NCBI RefSeq assembly: GCF_963921235.1
Contig: NC_086097.1
Coordinates: 254,574,001 to 254,638,000, forward strand
Length of the DNA stretch: 64,000 nt
Reading direction: 5' to 3'
From: Mobula hypostoma
Taxonomy: Eukaryota
Shown: in pieces, positions 60,851-64,000 of the stretch
Position numbering within the stretch: the stretch's first letter is position 1
Layout of the letters: each line of letters opens with the position of its first letter
Program-made: the position numbers and the translations under genes
Notes under the pieces: model-generated
The model's database searches: none
Told to the model about the DNA's origin: nothing
What the model saw: only the letters and a program-made list of their open reading frames with translations

Positions 60851-61792
60851 ACAGAGAAATTCTGCAGATGCTGGAAATCCAAGCTACATACACAAAATGC
60901 TAGAGGAACTCAGCAAGCCAGACAGTATCTGTGGAAAAGAGTAAACAGTCACCCCACTAGCCTATGTGTCCAGCACATAATACTCCGTAACTTCCACCAC
61001 CTCCAACCGGATTCCAACACCAAGCACATCTTTCCCTCACCCCCACTTTCTGCTTTCCACAAGGATCGCTCCCTATGCGTCTCCCTTGTCTATTCGTCCC
61101 TCTCCACTGAGCACCCTCCAGGTACTTATCCGTGTAAGCAATCAAGTGCCACACCTGCCCCTACACCTCCTCCCTCACTACCATTCACGGACCTAAAGAG
61201 TCCTTCAGGGTGAGGTGACCTGTAAATCTGTTGGGGTCACCCGACGTGGATTGGAAGACCGCTTTGCCAAGCACCTATGATCCATCCACCATAAAAGACG
61301 GGATTTCCCAGTGGCCACGCATTTCAATTCTACTTCCCATTCCCACTCTAACACATGGCGTCCTCTACTGTCATGATGAGGCCACACTCAGGTTGGAGGA
61401 GCAACACCTCAAGTTCCATCTGGGTAGCCTCCAACCTGATGGCATGAACATTGACTTCTCAAACATCCAGTAATTTCCTCCCCGTTTCCCTCTCTCACCT
61501 TATCTCCTTACCTGTCCATCACCCCCTTCCCTTTCTTAGATGATCCTCTACCCTCTCCAGCCCTTTATCTCTTTTACCAATCAACTTCCCAGTCTTCCCC
61601 CCCTCTCAGTTTCACCTATCACCTACCACCTACCACCTCGTACTTCTTCCTCCCCTCCCCACAGTTTCTTGCTCTGATTTCTCATCATTTTTTCCAGTCC
61701 TGATGAAGGGTCTCGGCCCAAAACATCAACTGTTTCCTCCTTTCCATTGATGCTGCCTGGCCTGCTGAGTTCCTCCAGCATTCTGTGTGTTG
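60851..61792 (+). mobile_element. Penelope-like element: inverted terminal repeat, degenerate GIY-YIG region and terminal repeat, with an 11-bp TSD
   Basis: TSD CTTCTGCCAAG at 60840-60850 and 61793-61803. It contains CHDEATLRLEEQHLKFHLGSLQPDGMNIDFSN and is inserted in a Rex1-type 3' fragment. Confidence 0.85.
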
Positions 61793-62103
61793 CTTCTGCC
61801 AAGCCATCAGACTGATCAATTCCTCCACCCATTATCCCACTCCACCAACCCCAACTACCACTACTTTGTTATTTCCTGTCAGAGTCACCTTATGTAGAGA
61901 CAATCTTGTGCCTAGCATCACTTCATGGACATCCAATTAATCTATGAATATAAGCCATCTTATGTATTTATATTTACTGTTTTTATTATTGTGTTCTTAA
62001 TGCTTATTATGATTCTTATGTTGCATCAAATATGGATTACAATCACTTCATTCTCTTTTATATTTGTATCCTGAAGAATGACAATCAACAATCTTGAATC
62101 TTC

Positions 62104-62405
62104 CAAACACGAGGAACTCTGCAGATGCTGGAAATTCAGGCAACACACATCAAAGTTGCTGGTGAACGCAGCAGGCCAGGCAGCATCTCTAGGAAGAGGT
62201 AAAGTCGACGTTTCGGGCCGAGACCCTTCGTCAGAACTAACTGAAGGAAGAGCTAGTAAGAGATTTGAAAGTGGTAGGGGGAGGGGGAGATCCAAAATGA
62301 TAGGAGAAGACAGGAAGGGGAGGGATGGAGCCAAGAGCTGGAAAGTTGATTGGCAAAAGGGATATGAAACTTTCATCCCTCCACCAACAGCAACTTCTAA
62401 GTGTG
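62104..62405 (-). mobile_element. Penelope-like terminal fragment (younger subfamily, same as 57391)
   Basis: Terminal repeat with intact CpGs, flanked by ATCTTGAATCTT on both sides. Confidence 0.8.
62203..62238 (-). ncRNA. Minimal type I hammerhead ribozyme motif (Penelope-associated)
   Basis: Minus strand reads AGUU-CUGACGA-A-GGGUCUCGGCCC-GAAAC-GUC^GACU: intact core, stem II hairpin, palindromic ACGU helix III and 4-bp stem I. Confidence 0.75.
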
Positions 62406-62499
62406 ATCTTGAATCTTGAATGTCCGTCACTGGAAGCTTGAAGAAGCGGCGCCTTAAGGCCCTCACCCCTGGGCACACCCTCTTCTCATTGCTTTTATC

Positions 62500-62755
62500 C
62501 TGGGCACGCCCTCTTCTCATTGCTCATATCAGGGAGAAGCTACAGGAGCCTGAAGACTCACACTCAACACTTTAGAAATGCCATCAGATTCTGAACGGTC
62601 CATGAACCCGTCAAGACTACCTCATGATTTGTCTTTTGCACCATTTATTGATTTTGTAACTTATGGTAATTTTTAATGTGTCGCACTGTACTGCTGCCAC
62701 AACACAACAATTTTCATGGTATATGTCAGTGATAATAAACCTGATTCTGATTCTG
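62500..62755 (+). mobile_element. Rex1/Babar-type LINE 3' end with (TTCTGA)n tail
   Basis: GCTACAGGAGCCTGAAGACTCACACTCA...AATAAACCTGATTCTGATTCTG. Confidence 0.7.
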
Positions 62756-63559
62756 TTAATTACCTTGGAAATTTGAGGTTGTGATGGGATCACACCAAAA
62801 GATAGGATGAGGAGCAGGATACAATGAATTTTGGGGTATCTGACCTGACCAAAATTTAAATAGCTACAAGAATAACTTCCCAGAGAACATGAGCTGCAAT
62901 ATCTTTTGTCTAAATCCAGCAACACTCCATTTTTAGCCTCTTATTCTCTTAACCTCAGATGTCTGGGTCCAGTTGTACAAGTGGTCATCACAACTGGGGT
63001 CTTCCTTGGTTACAGTGCCTTGTCAGTCCCTCGGTCTCCAGGAGCTGCCTACCTGACCATTGGATCTCACTGTGGATATCATCTGACCAATCCACTAGAG
63101 ATGCCTTTGCATGTCCCTATCTCATTGGGCTATGAGGCCCATCGCTACCCCAGTGTGGCCACTGTCACTTGCAAACAGCTACATGGAGCCACATTTGAGA
63201 GCTGAGTGTCTGGTGGGGACCAAGTGTGAGTGAGCTGCCCTACAATTGGCACAGCAAGCCTCTTTACCAAAGGTCTTCTCTCTGGACAACCTATTTTATA
63301 GATACAGAGTAGTACAAGAGGAATTTTATGGTAGTAGCTTGTCATTGGAAACAAAGAATAATTATTCACCATGGTATGTCAAAACACAAGTGAATCACTG
63401 AACCCACAGCTGGATGTTGTGCTCCAATAAGGCACCAAAAGTGAAATGGTCGCAATCTACGTCTGTTCGATTCTTGGTTGAAGCATAGTTTAAGGGTGAA
63501 TCATATTTAATTCTATATTTTATTTAAAAAATGGGCAGTATTAAAATGTAATGCAAGGA

Positions 63560-63830
63560 TAAAAAAAAACATTACGGGAATCATATATGGGCCTCCAAAT
63601 AGTAGCCAAGATGTAGGGTTGAGATTACAAAGGGAGCTGGAAAAGATATGTAATAAGGGTAATGACACAACTGTAATGAGGTACTTCAATACGCAAGGGG
63701 ATTGGGAAAATCAAGCTGGTGTTGAATTGCAAGAGAGGGAGTTTGTTGAATTTCTATGAGATGGCTTATTAGAGCAGCTTGCACATGAGCCGACTTGGGG
63801 AAAGGCCCTCTTAGATTGGGTGATCTGTTA
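63560..63830 (+). mobile_element. CR1 APE-region fragment
   Basis: Degenerate match to 24650-24900. Confidence 0.65.
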
Positions 63831-64000
63831 GTCTTTGTGCGAGGGAGGGACTGGGAGCGTTTAGGGTTTGTGAGTATTTTCTTTTCATGCGGGGTAGGGG
63901 AACTAATGCCTTTCGTTCAAGTACTTCTATGGTTTGCCATATTTTATGGCTACCTGGAGAAGACAAATCTCAGAATTTTATTCTGCATACATACTTTGAC

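Overview
Eukaryotic, repeat-dense genomic DNA, most likely from a cartilaginous fish (shark or ray). This is inferred from the mix of CR1 LINEs, HE1/V-type SINEs, Rex1/Babar fragments and Penelope-like elements. The only host gene I can support is the first coding exon of CABLES1 (minus strand, 38960-39405). Everything to its left is apparently a >39 kb first intron, since I could not find exon 2. About 225 bp upstream of the start codon lies a ~14.6 kb almost pure purine (G/A) tract with internal higher-order duplications, flanked on both sides by CpG-rich unique sequence. The rest is mostly nested transposon debris: several CR1 subfamilies (one near full-length with a GDSL-esterase ORF1), a hAT deletion derivative with TIRs and an 8-bp TSD, a hAT MITE, a Tc1-type relic, LTR fragments and SINEs. 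The Penelope-like fragments carry minimal hammerhead ribozyme motifs: one is intact, and one inverted terminal repeat starts at the predicted self-cleavage site. Repeat coordinates are approximate unless TIRs or TSDs are given.
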